From the NCBI RefSeq assembly GCF_006345805.1, contig NC_043004.1, forward strand, positions 83,452,001 to 83,516,000: 64,000 nt of DNA, given 5' to 3'. The translations under genes were made by a program, and so were the position numbers. The stretch's first letter is position 1. The number at the start of each line of letters is the position of its first letter. The notes below the pieces were generated by a model. It did no database searches and was not told the DNA's origin. It saw only the letters and a program-made list of their open reading frames with translations. The stretch comes from Octopus sinensis. Its lineage: Eukaryota. This document shows, piece after piece, positions 24,669 to 38,602 of the stretch.

Positions 24669-27079
24669 TATATGTCTGTACGTATGTATTTATGTATGCA
24701 TGTGTGTGTGCGGGTGAGAGAGAGAAAGAGAGAGAGAAATAGAATAAAAGATTCTATCATGAATTTCATTAGCTTACATCTGTTTCTGCTATAATATTAT
24801 AAACATTAATACTTCAGTGGTTCTGTATTACCTTATAGCCTCTTCAGATGTCTGATGTACAAGCAACAACGGCCGACTTAATACGAGCGGTCTCTCGGAA
24901 CAACCAGACTCTAAGAGCAGAGTTTTCTGGAAAAGCATAAGGAGAAATTTCACAGTTACAAACAAGACTTAGAGTGCAGAGGTCTTAGAAAGAAACATGG
25001 TAATAAGTGAAGTTTTATCCATTATTCCCAGGTGGATCTTGCACTAAATTTTCCATCATGTGTTTTGCTTTTAAAAACAATTGTAAAGTGGTTGGGGTTG
25101 ATGTGGTAGCAATTTTATGCATGCTGCTTGTCCATGTGATGGCTTTGTTATTTGCAGAAACTGAAGTATGAAAACGTGTGTATAAGTGATGAATGAGGCA
25201 GTGAGTAAATATTATTAGATTTGCTCGGAGAATCCTTGTTGTATTAGAAAATGTGTTGTGAAAATAACTCCATATGTTGCGCTGTGGATAAATCTAATAA
25301 ACTTAGGCTTGAAAATTATATGGGACATTATGGTGCATGGATACAAAAGAACCGTTGCTGCGTCGGTAAAAGAAACTGTGTCGGGTATATTGTAGAAAAG
25401 AAACTTGATGGAACGTGGATGCTGAGCGTCTATGTCTCTAAGTTATTTATTTATCTGGAATAAGTGACAGAAAGAGTATCGGGTAATTTTCCTGACGAGT
25501 GAATTAGCTAACATCTTGGACAATGACCGCCTTCATAGAAAAGTTGACAGGAGAGTTATAAACGACCTATTGTCTTTCATTTATTCTTTTTTACTATCAA
25601 CTTTATGCTGACGAAAAAATAATTCTGAAATGTTAGATATTCTATATCGCATGGTAATTTCACATACACCTCCAGAATATAAAAATGTATGTATTTTGTA
25701 AACCAGTGAATGAACCATTAATGACTTATTAATTATATTGTTGTAAATGCTGAGTCGACAGAACGATCGGTTTAACTAGTTTATATTTATGCAAAACGCT
25801 GTTAATTTAGAAAATTTTACTGGAGCTGAACGCTTTAGATTAAATGCTAAATTTAGGATGAATTTTAACTCCAAAACAATTCCGATATTACTTGAAGAAA
25901 TTGAGATAGTGTTTCTGTAAAATACAAAAACGGTACAATATCCCGTTTCTTTTCCCTGACATTTAAGAAATAACGCCAAAAGCCTCTTATAAAAGATTTA
26001 TGGAACCAAGGCAACATACTGGCATACAAACACTTAATATGTAAATATCAGTCATTTCCAAAAACACATTAGAAATTGTGTATGCGTATGGGTGTGTGAT
26101 GATGTGAATATTGTTATATGTATGTCTTTATGAATTTGTGTTTGTGAGCAGGTCAGTGTGTTTTTGGTGAGATTTTGTGTATATGTGTTAGTGTATTTAT
26201 ATACATTTAGGACTGTGTGTTTGTGTGTCAGTGTGTTAATTGTTGTGCATATGTGTGTACATCGGTAAGTGTATTTATATTTATTAATGTGTATGTGTTT
26301 GTGTGCGTCAACATTTTTATTGGTGTTAGCATATATACATGTATAAATATGTGTGAGCGTATTTATATGTATTTACGAAGAAGCGTTGACAAGTTGCTGT
26401 TTTGAAGGCTATTGCGAAGGACGATACACATTTACAGGGCTTTGAAAAACTGAAGGACCACGGCGAAAATTGTAGTGTGAATCTGACAGAAATGCATTGA
26501 GTAAAATAATGATCAACTGATCCTCCTGTATTTTCTTTTACCCAAAGCGAGGAACCATTTAACACGCCCACGTGCCGGAATATTTGTTGGTGTATGTGTA
26601 TATGTCATTGTGTGTGTGAGTATATTCGTGTGTACACCTGTGTGTGCGTGCGTGTGTGAGAGGGTCTGTAAAGGCAGGCGCGAGTGTAATATTAACTGTT
26701 GTAACATACGTAAGGCAAATAACAGTATTTCACTGAAATTGTGTTTCATATGTAGTATTAAGTTTGTGCAGATAAATGGGATTTTGTATACCAGACGCAA
26801 GTCGCTAACGTTTGTAAAACGCAGTGAAGATTATACACTCAGAGTTAAGCTGAAAATGAGAACGTAATAAATAAATGAATATAGATAGATAGATAAATAA
26901 ATAAAGACAACATTTCAAATCTTCCAAGTTATTAATTTAACAATGAGTATATTTTTGACAGAAACGACATCACGAGTTTTCTTCGATTCTCGTCTCAAAA
27001 GAACGATCTCATATACAATTATTCCTCGTCGGCAAAGCACAACTAACACCACACACCACACACCACACACACCACACAC

Positions 27080-27119
<40 letters not shown>

Positions 27120-27789
27120 AGCACGTACGCACACGCAAATACTGAGAGCATGCACGCATAGATACACACATACACACACACACATATATATATAAGAGAA
27201 GCAATACTTTATTCAAACAATACTTAATTGAAACAAAAGTGTAGCCACCATACTCCCTCAGATACAGAGACAGAGATGCAGATCCTATTCATTCGATGTA
27301 TACATAACTAAAGACGTTAGACAAGCGGTCATGTCTATTATTGCCATTATAAATATAATCCATCGTCGTAAAAGTATGACTGTCACATAGACATACGCAT
27401 ACACACACGCATACACACACGCATACACACAATCACATGCACAAAACATATACACATAAATACACGAGAAATTATCTTTAATAAATAGCTGTTAGTTTTT
27501 ACTAATTATTTATTCACTTTAGTATTAATTTCGAATTTTGACACGAGGCCAGCAATTTGACAAGGTAAGTCGATTATTTCAACCCCAGTGTTCAAATAGC
27601 TCTTATTTCATTGATTCCGGGTGGATGAATCGTAGTTATTGTTGGTGTTGTTGTACCTCTTCTTACAATCAGGACTCACGACATTAGCCACAAAAAATAA
27701 TCTCTAATTCGAGCCTACTCTAAGCTACTGAGAATGCATGCGGCAACTTGAAGATCCACCCACCATACCAGATAGACTGGCGATTGCGC

Positions 27790-28110
27790 GGGCGCAAAAG
27801 TTAGGTTGTTATCCTCATTCCATAAACGATTGCTTTTAACGGGTGGAGCGCTGAACCATCCTGGGATACAGAGGATTCGCAATCTAGACTAGGGTCTGAA
27901 AGTTTACCACACCATAGTGGGTTACACCATGGTTCCTCTGCTTTGTGGCAGAAGTAGGAAGAAAGAGTGAGAGAAAGTTGTGGTGAAAGAGTACAGCGGG
28001 TTTCACCCCAGTCCCGGAGCCTCGTGGAATTTAGGTGTTTTAGTCTGGCAATCGAAACCGCGTTCTCACGACCACGTATCCGCTTCCCTAACCACTGGGC
28101 CATTGCGACT
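27790..28110 (-). mobile_element. SINE family C-related element with a different 3' region
   Basis: Shares gaaagagtgagagaaagttgtgg..gaaagagt body and a tRNA-like head (aatcgaaacc..ctaaccactggg); the left portion differs. Confidence 0.6.
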
Positions 28111-28722
28111 CCACCGGTGTTGTTGTGGAACAGTGTTATGCTAATGTGGCTGCTGCTGTTGTTGTTGTTTTTGGTGGTGATTTTTCTTTTGATGACGCTC
28201 TTGTTATTGTTGGCGTTGTGGATTATGTTGTTCGTTTCGGTTGTTGCAGCAGTTGTTCCTATTTTTTATTTGCAGGTCAATCCTGACTAGGTTATTTCGT
28301 GTTCAAATGTACTTCATCCATGCCCACCCCCCATCTAGTCCCCAATTACCAATGACTACATCATTCCATGCGTTCTTGCTTTTAATAATATAAAAGCGAA
28401 ATATGATTTGAAGGAGATATTGCTGCTATTCTAGCAGGTTGTGTGGTCAGAAAATCCTTCCACTTACACCAAGTATCGTATGTTGTAAGGGTGGAGACAT
28501 CTACTTTTACAATTCCCAAGAGAACTCAAGACGTAAGAAAAACCCAGTGCGATATAGAGTGTTAGTGCATTCGTCACATGGCTGCAAAAAAAAAAACAAA
28601 AAAAAATTATAACAAAAACTAAAAACAATCGGTTTCCTTTATTCATAATCAAACGAGGCTATTTTTATTTATTTCTTAATATTTATAATATTTATGTACT
28701 ACTATTTATTGATAATTAATAA

Positions 28723-28783
<61 letters not shown>

Positions 28784-28794
28784 CATTATTATTA

Positions 28795-29045
28795 ATGTGG
28801 CAAGCTAGCAGAATCGTTAGCCGGGCGAAATTATTAGCGCTTATCGCCGCCTCGAGTTCAATTTCCGCAAGGTCGATTTTGCCAAACTAAATACTTACGC
28901 ACTAGGGTCCATATATCAACTCTTCACCTCCCTCAAAATTTGAGGCTTTGTACCTATAGTAGAAAGGATTATTATATTACTATTACTATTCATTATATTA
29001 TTATTAATTATTCCCTATTATTTTATTATTATTATCATATTATTA

Positions 29046-29091
<46 letters not shown>

Positions 29092-29525
29092 CATCATAAT
29101 TTTATTATATTATTATCAATGTGCAAGCAAGCAGAAACGTTAGCCGGGCGAAATACTAAGAGGCATTTCGCCCGCCTTGGGTTCAAACTCTGCAAAGGTC
29201 GGACTTTGCCTTTCATTCTTTTGTGGTGGATGGAATAAGTACCAGTTGTGCACCGAGGTCGATGTAATCGACTAATCCCCTCCGACCATATTTCGGGCTT
29301 TCTGCGCATAGTACAAAAGGATTATTACTATTATTATTATTCTTCAAGGCGGTGAGCTGGCGGAATCGTTAGCATGCTGGATGAAATGCTTAGCAGTATT
29401 TTGCACGTCGTTACGTCCTGAGTTCAAATGTCACCGGTTTCAGCTTCACGATCCTTTCTTTCGGGGTCGATAAAATATGTCGATGTTATAGACCAGTGCC
29501 CTCCCCTGATATTTCAGGCGTTCTG
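28795..29525 (+). mobile_element. Three successive degenerate SINE A (type-1) copies each followed by (ATT)n
   Basis: Copies at ~28795-28975, 29110-29325 and 29345-29525, each running into an attattatt tract. Confidence 0.8.
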
Positions 29526-29597
29526 GATTATTATTATTATTATTATTATTATTTATTTTATTATTATTATTATTATTATCATCATTATTATTATTAT

Positions 29598-29838
29598 ATC
29601 ACTTTATCACAGGTTTTTGCTGGAGCTCCTGGAGCATTGCATGCGTAGCGCTCTTACTACCTGCATCCTACGGTGCCATGTTATCCTTCTTTTCAGCTAT
29701 CTAATACTTTCCAAGAGGCAACCTTTTGTAACAGTTCTTCTAGGCACTCTATTCCAATTTCCTTATATTCCTCGTGATGCCTTCTGATACTGTTCCCAAG
29801 GACCCACAATAATTGGCACATCTTCACCTGATTAATTT
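29598..29838 (-). mobile_element. 3' end of an R4/Dong-like (RLE-clade) non-LTR retrotransposon
   Basis: Minus frames give VPIIVG/LGTVSEGITRNIRKL and EELLQKVA, like the RLE C-terminus VPIVIGALGTV..LQK; the 3' end runs into (TAA)n. Confidence 0.6.
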
Positions 29839-29963
29839 TCTATAGCCAAACTATTTCGTACTGAAGACGATTGTATCTATCTTTCTTTTCGCCTTCCTAC
29901 TTGACTCTTCGTGGGGTCGGAGGGACATGCAACGTCAACTATATAGCATATATATGTTGTGGA

Positions 29964-30269
29964 TGCACATCGCCTAGTGGTTAGAGCACGAACTCGCGGT
30001 CGAGGGATCGCGGTTTCGAATCTCAGACTGGGCGATGTGTGTGTTTATGAGCGAAACACCTAAGCTCCACGAGGCTCCGGTAGAAGTTAATGGCGAACTT
30101 CTGTTGACTCTTTCGCCACAACTTTCTCTCACTCTTTCCTCCTGCATCTTGCAGCTCACCTGCGACTGACCGGCGTCCCGTCCAGGTGGGGAACCTATAC
30201 ACCAAGGAAACTGGAAAACCGGCCCTTAAGAGCCAGGCATGGCTCGAAAAGGAACAAACAACAACAACA
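29964..30269 (+). mobile_element. tRNA-derived SINE family C, full length
   Basis: A box tagtggttagagc, B box ggtttcgaatctc, body gcgaaacacctaagctccac..ggcgtcccgtccagg, tail (aac)n. Confidence 0.88.
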
Positions 30270-31143
30270 TATATTGTGCACCAGTTCCGGTCTATTTTGC
30301 TCTACCACCTGATCTGTTTGGATATTGCTGTTGTTGTTTTTGTTGTCGTTATTATTATTTCGCTAGTGCATTCTAATTTAGCGGTATTTTATCTTGATAT
30401 CTGGCGACAGCGAGTCTCCGTCAAAATCTCAACAATCTGCCTCGGAATTCTTACTTTTCTGCACACGTCAACAATGCATGTTTCAAAACCCAATTCATTT
30501 GAGTCTTTTAAGCAGAATTTTGGGCGTTCTGCCAAGCGGACTAATTAATTACGAGAGGAATAGTTGTTGGCTTAGTGTTTCGCATTCTGCTGAGTTCTCT
30601 GGCCAGATCCTGGTATATATAATTGTTTTTTTTTTCACTTTCTTTTGCATCGATTCTACCTTTAAAACCTTCCTTAATAATTAGTTATTAAAAGCTGGGC
30701 TGATTATAAGTTTATAACAGAAAATATGTGTGTATTGACAATTCGTTTATATGCATTTATAAAAACACACAGAATACACACACACACACATATGTGTGGT
30801 TTGCGTGTGTGCGCGTGTTTTGTGTCTATAATTGCATGTAAACAAATTGTCGACAAACACTTTATTGACGCAATGTACATATGTATATGTGTTTGTGTGT
30901 GAGTGTTGTGTGTGTTGTGTGTGTGTGTGTGCGTATTTCGCAACCACACAGTTCCATTTCAATCCGATCCGACTCCATGGCATCTCGGGTACGTATCTTC
31001 TAGTATAACCCATGGGACAGCCAAAGCCTTGCGAGTGGATTTGGCAGAAGGAAACTGAAGAAACTCGTCGTATATATAAGGACACCCTGCAGTCATGAAT
31101 AACCACGGGATTGCACCTAGAAACCTGCGATAAAGAGAAATGA

Positions 31144-31148
31144 TCATA

Positions 31149-31179
<31 letters not shown>

Positions 31180-31223
31180 ATATTGAAATAATATAATAAT
31201 AATAATATGATATAATAATAATG

Positions 31224-31256
<33 letters not shown>

Positions 31257-31386
31257 TAATAATAATAATAATAAATAATAATAATAATAAATGATAATAA
31301 TAATAATGATAATAATAATAATGATAATAATATAATAATAATAATAATAAGAATAATAATAATAATAATAATAATATAATAATAAT
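31144..31386. repeat. Long imperfect (AAT)n microsatellite
   Basis: Read directly from the sequence. Confidence 0.97.
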
Positions 31387-31847
31387 AGATGGGCTACAAC
31401 AAATATTCTGCTCAATACCACAGATTTGCTTGTCAGTTGTTTGACTTTAACCAGTTGAGCATGTCCCTTATTAGCTGACTATATGTGCATCTCTGATCAC
31501 GAGCAGAAGTAGTGGGGAGCTCATAGCCGTGTGTTGAAAGGAATTCTTGGAGGTCTGGATAATTCACCTTTGGAAACATGGGTAGTTCGTTCAACATCCT
31601 TAAACAATCCTTATTCAGGGACCTCTTGAGCAGGATGGGCTACTTGACCAAAAGAAAATTCTAACTGGGCCCCACCTACAAGATCATGCACTGTTTCACC
31701 TTGATATGAGATCACCATGTTGCGCACATATGGTTGTGATGCATGTGCCATAGTGTACCCTTATCAGACGGGTAGTCATGATAGGTATACTGGACTTCGT
31801 ATATTTTACCCCAGTGCCACTTGATGGCATGCACTTCGCTCTCACTC
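31387..31847. mobile_element. Third copy of the ~550-bp repeat, (AAT)n on both sides
   Basis: Reverse complement of ~9752-10212. Confidence 0.82.
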
Positions 31848-32224
31848 AATAATAATAATATTAATAATAATAATAATAACAGCCTGTGTATGTGTGTGCG
31901 TGCGTGTGCATGTGCGATGGTGTGTGTGAGCATGTGTGGCATGATTTTGTGCCTGTGTACAGACACAACCAGAAAACCATGCACGCACATACCATTGCAC
32001 ATACACTCGTACACACGCACACCGCTTTACAAACCGGCGTTGGTACGTTTACGTTCCTGTAACTAAGTTGTTGGGCAAAAGAAACCGACAGGATGCGTAC
32101 TAAGCTTAGAGGTAAGTCCTGGGGTGGATTTTTTGTGACTAAGATCCCTGAAAAGGCACTCCAAAATGGCCGCTGTTAAATGAGTGAAGGAAGTAAATGA
32201 ATATATACGTATATCGAAAGTTCT

Positions 32225-32507
32225 CCCCGAGGCACAAATCCAGGGCAAGGTTGTTTATGGATGACCAGCAGTCAGCAGTGCGTACCAGCCTCTCCTCTCC
32301 TCGCCACATGTTATTCAAAGGAAAGGCAAAGACAGATATATCTTGGCATCAGTGACATCGCAACTCATTGCTACAGCTGAGTGAACTGGAGCAACGTGAC
32401 ATAAAGTGTCTTGCTCAAGACCAAAACACATAGCCCGGTTTGGGAATCGAACTCAGAATCTCATCATTGTAAGCCCGACGCCTTAACCATGAGCTATGCG
32501 CCTACAC
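32225..32507 (-). mobile_element. tRNA-derived SINE family D
   Basis: Minus strand: gtaggcgcatagctcatggttaaggcg (A box), gagttcgattccc (B box), cttgagcaagacacttt..ccagttcactcagctgtag. Confidence 0.75.
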
Positions 32508-32869
32508 TTGCTTATATATCACACAAATATGCATACACACACGTGTGGCTATGTATGTATATTGTACACATGTGTATCAACTTATAATTATAAACGCGTA
32601 TATACATATATGTGTGAGTGTTTATATATGTATGTGTAAGCATAAATGCATTCATATAGACACAAACACACACGCGCACACACACACACACACGCACACA
32701 TTGTCTGTCTGTCTGTCTGTCTCCCTCTCTCTCATTCCGCTCTCGCTTGTCGCACTCACACATACACACGCAGACGATAAAAATTTTTTTAGGAATTTCG
32801 TCAGACAAATAAAACGCTATAAAATATGCTTCCGAAAGTTTCAAGTAAATATCTATGTACGCAAACACA

Positions 32870-32914
<45 letters not shown>

Positions 32915-34819
32915 TAACACACACACATATATCATAGGTGTGTGTGAGACAGAGAAAGAGAGTGATTGTGAGAGTGTGTGTTTGTTTGTGTGTGTGTGTG
33001 CTTAGAATTTTGTACTTTATCGGTAAAAGTTGTTACTTGTAAAAATTCATATATTTTCAATCTTCGTCTTACAAATGCATACCATTGTTGAGTAGTGGTG
33101 CCAAGGTAAAGATTTCATGCACTATGTCTTTAAACTGCTTATCACTTTCCTTAGATACATGCAAACTCACACACACACACACACAATCACAATCACACAG
33201 ACAGACACTCACATACACACATACAGAGGTTTTCAAACCGCTTATCACTTTCTTTAGATACACGTATACGCACACAAACACAGACAGCATAAATAGTTAA
33301 AATTCTTTAAGACGATACCAATGCTATAGTAAGAACTATCGACAACATAAAGTTATATACATAGAAAACATAATGGATTTGGTGCTAAAAGAAACTCTAT
33401 TGTACATTACGAATCTTATTCAGCTTATTTTGATTTTTTTTTTCTTTTGAGTTGCATTATTGTTCCATTTTCTCTTTATAATCTCCAAGCTAAAATTATA
33501 TATGAGTTATCCCCCGTGAAATCTATACAATCGTATAGAGTATCGTCCCTTCACAATAGCTGTGTTGCTTCAATCTAGTAACGCACCACCGTTACTACGA
33601 TGGTGTTTTCCTAATTGCTTGTGTGTGAGATCGTTTGCTTGCTTTAAACATTTTCTAGTCTTTTAAGAAAGTAAACCTGTTGTTTATATGTTTGACCTTA
33701 AAATCCTATTCGTTAAAATTATTCAAATCGACGAATTAGCGTAAATATTTCGGGAATAACAAAATGAATAAATGACTAATAATATTTTCTGATTATTAGT
33801 AAGTACAAGAGGCACTAATGGTTATATTCTAGTAGTAGTAGTACCTTCACAGAGAACAATAATCTTCATCTTAAACCGAAATTATCCCGCAAACGCATAG
33901 CTCTGTGTAAATAATAAGAATATTTTTGTAGAATATATTTGCTTATAATCTTTTCTACTCTAGGCACAAGGCCCGAAATTTGGGAGAGGAAGCCAGTCAA
34001 TATCTATTGTCTTAGCAGCGCTGTATCTGTAGTAAGTACAAATATATGAGAAGACATTCTTTACGAATCCAAACCGACATTAAAACGGTTACGGCGGGTA
34101 TCATTTTCTATGCACATGAAGCAGATGCCGCTATACACTGACGCGATCCAGTTTCTGAAAGAAAAACGTAATAGCAGCCGCCTAGGTACATCGACTGTAT
34201 GTGAAGCTTTGGATTGCCCAATAGATTAAAAGCCCCAGTGAAACTATTTACATCATCTGTCCTCTCCATTATAACAACTGTATACTCGAATATGCATGTC
34301 TGTCCTTTACTGAATGCCTATTCCTTATCCAGCTCAGCACAGTTAATTCTAAGTTGAAGTCACTTACTTTAATTCACTTTTTGTCCTGGACATACTCGAT
34401 GTGACGAATGTATAATCTGGAGCAGCAGTCAATGTCTTTTTATGTACTATTTTCATGTGAGAGGCTTTATGCATCTGCGACCAACGCTGCCTCCTGTACC
34501 AAAATTCAGCAATTTTCACTTTCCAATTCTGTATATTACATTTACGAATAGCTCTACATTTTACACAGTTGCACTTATGTGTCGCTTTTCTTCCCCTGAA
34601 GCGGGTTATGTACCAGAATGCTATTATGTACTTTGTTGATCATTAATTTGTGGTTTATGCAAACTTTACCTAATCATAGTATATGCCTGTTCATGTAGTT
34701 ATACTCTAAGTCTATCTTTTTAAAATGAAAATCAGCTACTTGCGATTATGTCTATATACGGCGGAGGATTTTGTTAATGGTTGTACTTGTTTTTATTTAC
34801 CTGGATAAATATCTATTTA

Positions 34820-35878
34820 TAATACTTTTCTACTCTAGGTAAAAGGCACAAAATTTATTAGGAGTGGGCCATTTGATTGGATCGATCCCAGTATGCAACA
34901 TGTACTTAATTAATCCACCCGAAAAGGATGAAAGGCAAACTCGGTCTCAGCGGAAATTGAACTCAGAACATACTTTTCTACTCTAGCACAAGGTCCGAAA
35001 ATTTAGGGGAGGAGCCAGTCGATTAGATCGACCCCAGTATACAACTGGTATTTAATTTATTGACCCTGAAAGGATGAAAGGCAATTTGAACTGATAACGT
35101 AAAGAGAACGAAATACGGCTAAGCATTTCGCCCGGCGTGCTAACGATTCTGCCAGATGTATAATCTTTCTACTCTAGGCACAAGGCCCGAATTCTTTGCG
35201 GAGGGGACCAGTCGATTAGATCGACCCCAGTACGCAACTGGTAATTACTTTATCGACCCCGAAAGAATGAAAGGCAAAGTTGACCTCGGCAGAATTTGAA
35301 CTCAGAACGTAGTGGCACAAGAAATATCTATTTCGTTACTACCCACAAGGGGCTAAACACAAAGAAGACAAACAAGGACAAACAAACAGATTAAGTCGAT
35401 TATATCGACCCCATTGCGTAACTGGTACTTATTTAATCGACCTCGAAAGGATGAAAGGCAAAGCCGACCTCGGCGGAATTTGAACTCAGAACGTTCAGGC
35501 AGCGAGCTGACAGAATCGTTAGCACGGCGGACGAAATGCTTAGCGGTATTTTGTCTGCCGCTACGTTCTGAGTTCAAATTCCAACGAGGTCGACTTTGCC
35601 CTTCATTCTTTCGGAGTCGATTAAAAAAGTACCAGTTACGCACTAGGGTCGATATAATCGACTTAATCCGTTTGTCTGTCCTTGTTTGTCTCTTCTATGT
35701 GTAGCCCCTTGTGGGCAGTAAAGAAATAGGTATTTTGTCTGTCTTTACATTCTGAATTCAAATTCCGTCGAGGTCAACTTTGCCTTTCATCGTTGACAAA
35801 GTAATTACCAGTTGCGTACTGGAGTCGATCTAATCGAATGGCCCCCTCCCCCAAAATTTCGGGCCTAGTACCTAGAGT
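34820..35878. mobile_element. SINE A cluster including an inverted pair of dimers (35160-35495 minus, 35499-35878 plus)
   Basis: Both dimers are type-2 unit plus type-1 unit, joined at gaaata|g(a/g)tattt (35328/35329, 35728/35729). Confidence 0.88.
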
Positions 35879-36039
35879 TGTTGTTGGGACTCCATCGGTT
35901 ACGATCAACGAAACAGCCTGCTCGTGAAATTAACGTGCAAGTGGCTGAGCACTCCACAGACAGTTGTTCTCCACAACGTAGTTCTTGAGAGATTCAGTGG
36001 GACAAGGCTGGCTCTTTAAAATACAGGTACAACAGAAAC

Positions 36040-36228
36040 AAGAAGAGTGAGAGAAAGTTGTGGTGAGAGTACAGCAGGGTTCGTCACCAACCCCTGCTGG
36101 AGGCTTGTGGAGCTTTAGGCATTTTCGCTCAATAAACAATCACAATGCCCTGTCTGGGAATCGAAACCTCCGATCCTACACCCGCGAGTGCGCTGTCCTA
36201 ACCACTGGGTCATTGCGCTTCCACAGTG
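36040..36228 (-). mobile_element. SINE C-related head fragment fused to another repeat body (35880-36040)
   Basis: agagtgagagaaagttgtgg..ggaatcgaaacc..ctaaccactggg; the left body resembles 59100-59260. Confidence 0.6.
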
Positions 36229-36894
36229 CCTGGAGTAGAAAATAATATTTATGTAATTTGTAAAGCGGTGGGCTTGGAAAAATCGTTACCACGCCGCGAA
36301 AATGCTACGCGGCATGTTGTACGTCTTCACGTATTCGGTACAAATGCCACCGAGGCCTGCCTTATCTTTTGGCGTCCATAATATAATAGATACTAGTTGA
36401 AATCTGGGTGACCATGTAATCAACTTATCTCAATCTCACGAAATTACTGACCATGTACCAAAATTTGGAACCAGTATTACATATTAACCGTCACCATTTT
36501 CCTGGCATTTGGGACTTTTATTCTGTCTGTCTGTCCCACTTCATCTTTTCTCCGGCTTTTACGCTTCTTCCTTGTACCACAATTTTGAGACATTAGAGAA
36601 GAATATTAACGCAAAATACTCTCGCATGAAGTGATGACACGTAAGAAAAACACATCAAACTATGTTGTTTGCTATAACTATATGAATGCCGTGGCTACTG
36701 CTGCTGTTTCTAACACTACTCGTAATTGAACTACTGCTGCTGATGATGGTGATGATGATAACGTTCATGATGATGATGATGATGATAACGATGACGACGC
36801 GATGTGATTTCTGCCCAGTGCAGTAAATGTCAAATTATACATATACGTACATCTCTATCTCCTTTTATATTCGGATTTGTTCATAAAATGACGA

Positions 36895-36898
36895 TAAC

Positions 36899-36943
<45 letters not shown>

Positions 36944-37035
36944 GATGATGATGATGATTGTTGTTGTTGTTGTTGTTGTTGTGGTGGTGGTGGTGGTGGT
37001 GGTGGGGGTGATGATGATGATGATGTTTACGACAA
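36895..37035. repeat. Compound (GAT)n-(GTT)n-(GGT)n-(GAT)n microsatellite
   Basis: Read directly from the sequence. Confidence 0.97.
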
Positions 37036-37590
37036 CAACGATGATAATTATTGTTGAAAACTATTAATTCTGGTTCTTTGAATATAGCCATTTCAGATGA
37101 TGTACGCGTAGTTTTAAATTGTTTTCGGTTTCTTTTTCGTTTTCTTTTCTTTTTATAGAAAAATTAATCCAATTTTCTGAAGCTAGCATAGTTTATTTTT
37201 ACGGAAGCCTTAAAAAGTATGTTGCCATCAACAAAATTCGAACATGGAAACTACAATTGTTACAGCTATTCAATGTATTCTTTTCTTTATGGCAAATGCC
37301 TTTGTTTATTGTTTCTAAAATATAAAAGATCGTAGTGAAATATATATTGTAATTTAACGCAATTAAGTACATTTGGTAAACAATTCGAGATAATAAATGA
37401 CCGCTTGAATGCATTATGAGGACCTAAATTAGAATAACGAAATGAAAGTTTGGGATTTACATAAATTTTTGCGTATAGCATTACAAGCACAGCATACATA
37501 ATGCAATATGTAATCGATCGGGAAGGTGTATTTTGCATGAAGACCAGCATTTCCACACGTACAAATTGGTCATTGGGTAACAGTTAAAAC

Positions 37591-38292
37591 CATGAGACTA
37601 TGCAGAGCGGCTTAATTTCGCACGTCAGATGGAAGTGATTTTTGAGGCAAATGACAACCTCATTGTGTTAATGAGTGATGAAGCTCATTTTCATCTCAAT
37701 GGCATGGTGAAATAACAGAACTATCGTTATTGGGCTCGTGAATATCCGAGAGAAATACACGAATGACCACTGCACAGCCCTAAGTGAGGGTTTGATCTAC
37801 TGTTGCAGAAGCGGCTGTTATTGGTCCTTACATTTTGAAGACAATAATGGAAATTCTGTTACAGTGGACTCCGAGCGGTACAGCGAGATGATAAATGACT
37901 TCTTTCTGTCTGAATTACAATTAAAATGTACGCCTCTTTCACGTATGTGGTTTCAGCAGGATGGAGCGACGGCACACACCACCAGAGCATCAATGGACGT
38001 TCTTCGCCTTCTCTTTGGTGACCACCTGATTTCCAGACTTTCTGACATTCCTTGGCCCACTCCGTCCCCTGATTTGTCCATGTATGATTATTTCGTGTGG
38101 CGAAACCTCAAGGCACGTGTGTATGCGCATAAGCCCCATACATAGGACTATTTGAAGGAAGCAATTCGTGAGGAAGTCGCCCATATCGACAGAGCAATCC
38201 TGGAGAGAGTGGAAGCCAACTTCAAAGAACGCCTTCAGAAATGCATGAATAGAAACGGACACCACATGATGGATGTTGTTTTCAAACACTGA
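37591..38292 (+). pseudogene. Tc1/mariner DD41D (rosa/Visitor-type) transposase catalytic-domain remnant
   Basis: MSDEAHFHLNG, WFQQDGATAH and WPTPSPDLSMYDY; 41 residues counted between the second and third Asp; stops and frameshifts present. Confidence 0.85.
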
Positions 38293-38559
38293 ATTCTTAA
38301 AAATGCTAATTTAATAGGAACACAATGATGTCAAAAGATTTTCTTTGCAGAATGTGTAATAGTGATACAAGAATGCACTAATATTTACTGGAAATAGCAG
38401 TCGATAATATACGACAAAAATATTTATAAATATATATAAAACAGTGTATTTGGCTTTAGAATAACCCTCTTTAGCCCTTAATTATATGATATATATATAT
38501 ATAATATATATATACACACGCATATATACATATATATATATATGGATATATATACACGC

Positions 38560-38602
<43 letters not shown>

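Noticed and set aside
24848-25010. Mini-ORF MSDVQATTADLIRAVSRNNQTLRAEF plus a shifted frame FLEKHKEKF.. after an acceptor-like site
   Set aside because: It needs a frameshift to be continuous and has no recognisable homology.
25490-25560. CTGACGA..GAAA hammerhead-like match
   Set aside because: No UH triplet followed by a stem I partner; likely chance.
29964-30040. SINE heads as genuine tRNA genes
   Set aside because: A and B boxes are present but the cloverleaf is incomplete and runs straight into SINE bodies.
36855-37091. Poly-His/poly-Asn ORF resembling a neural transcription-factor tract
   Set aside because: It consists entirely of a GAT/GTT/GGT compound microsatellite with no flanking domain.
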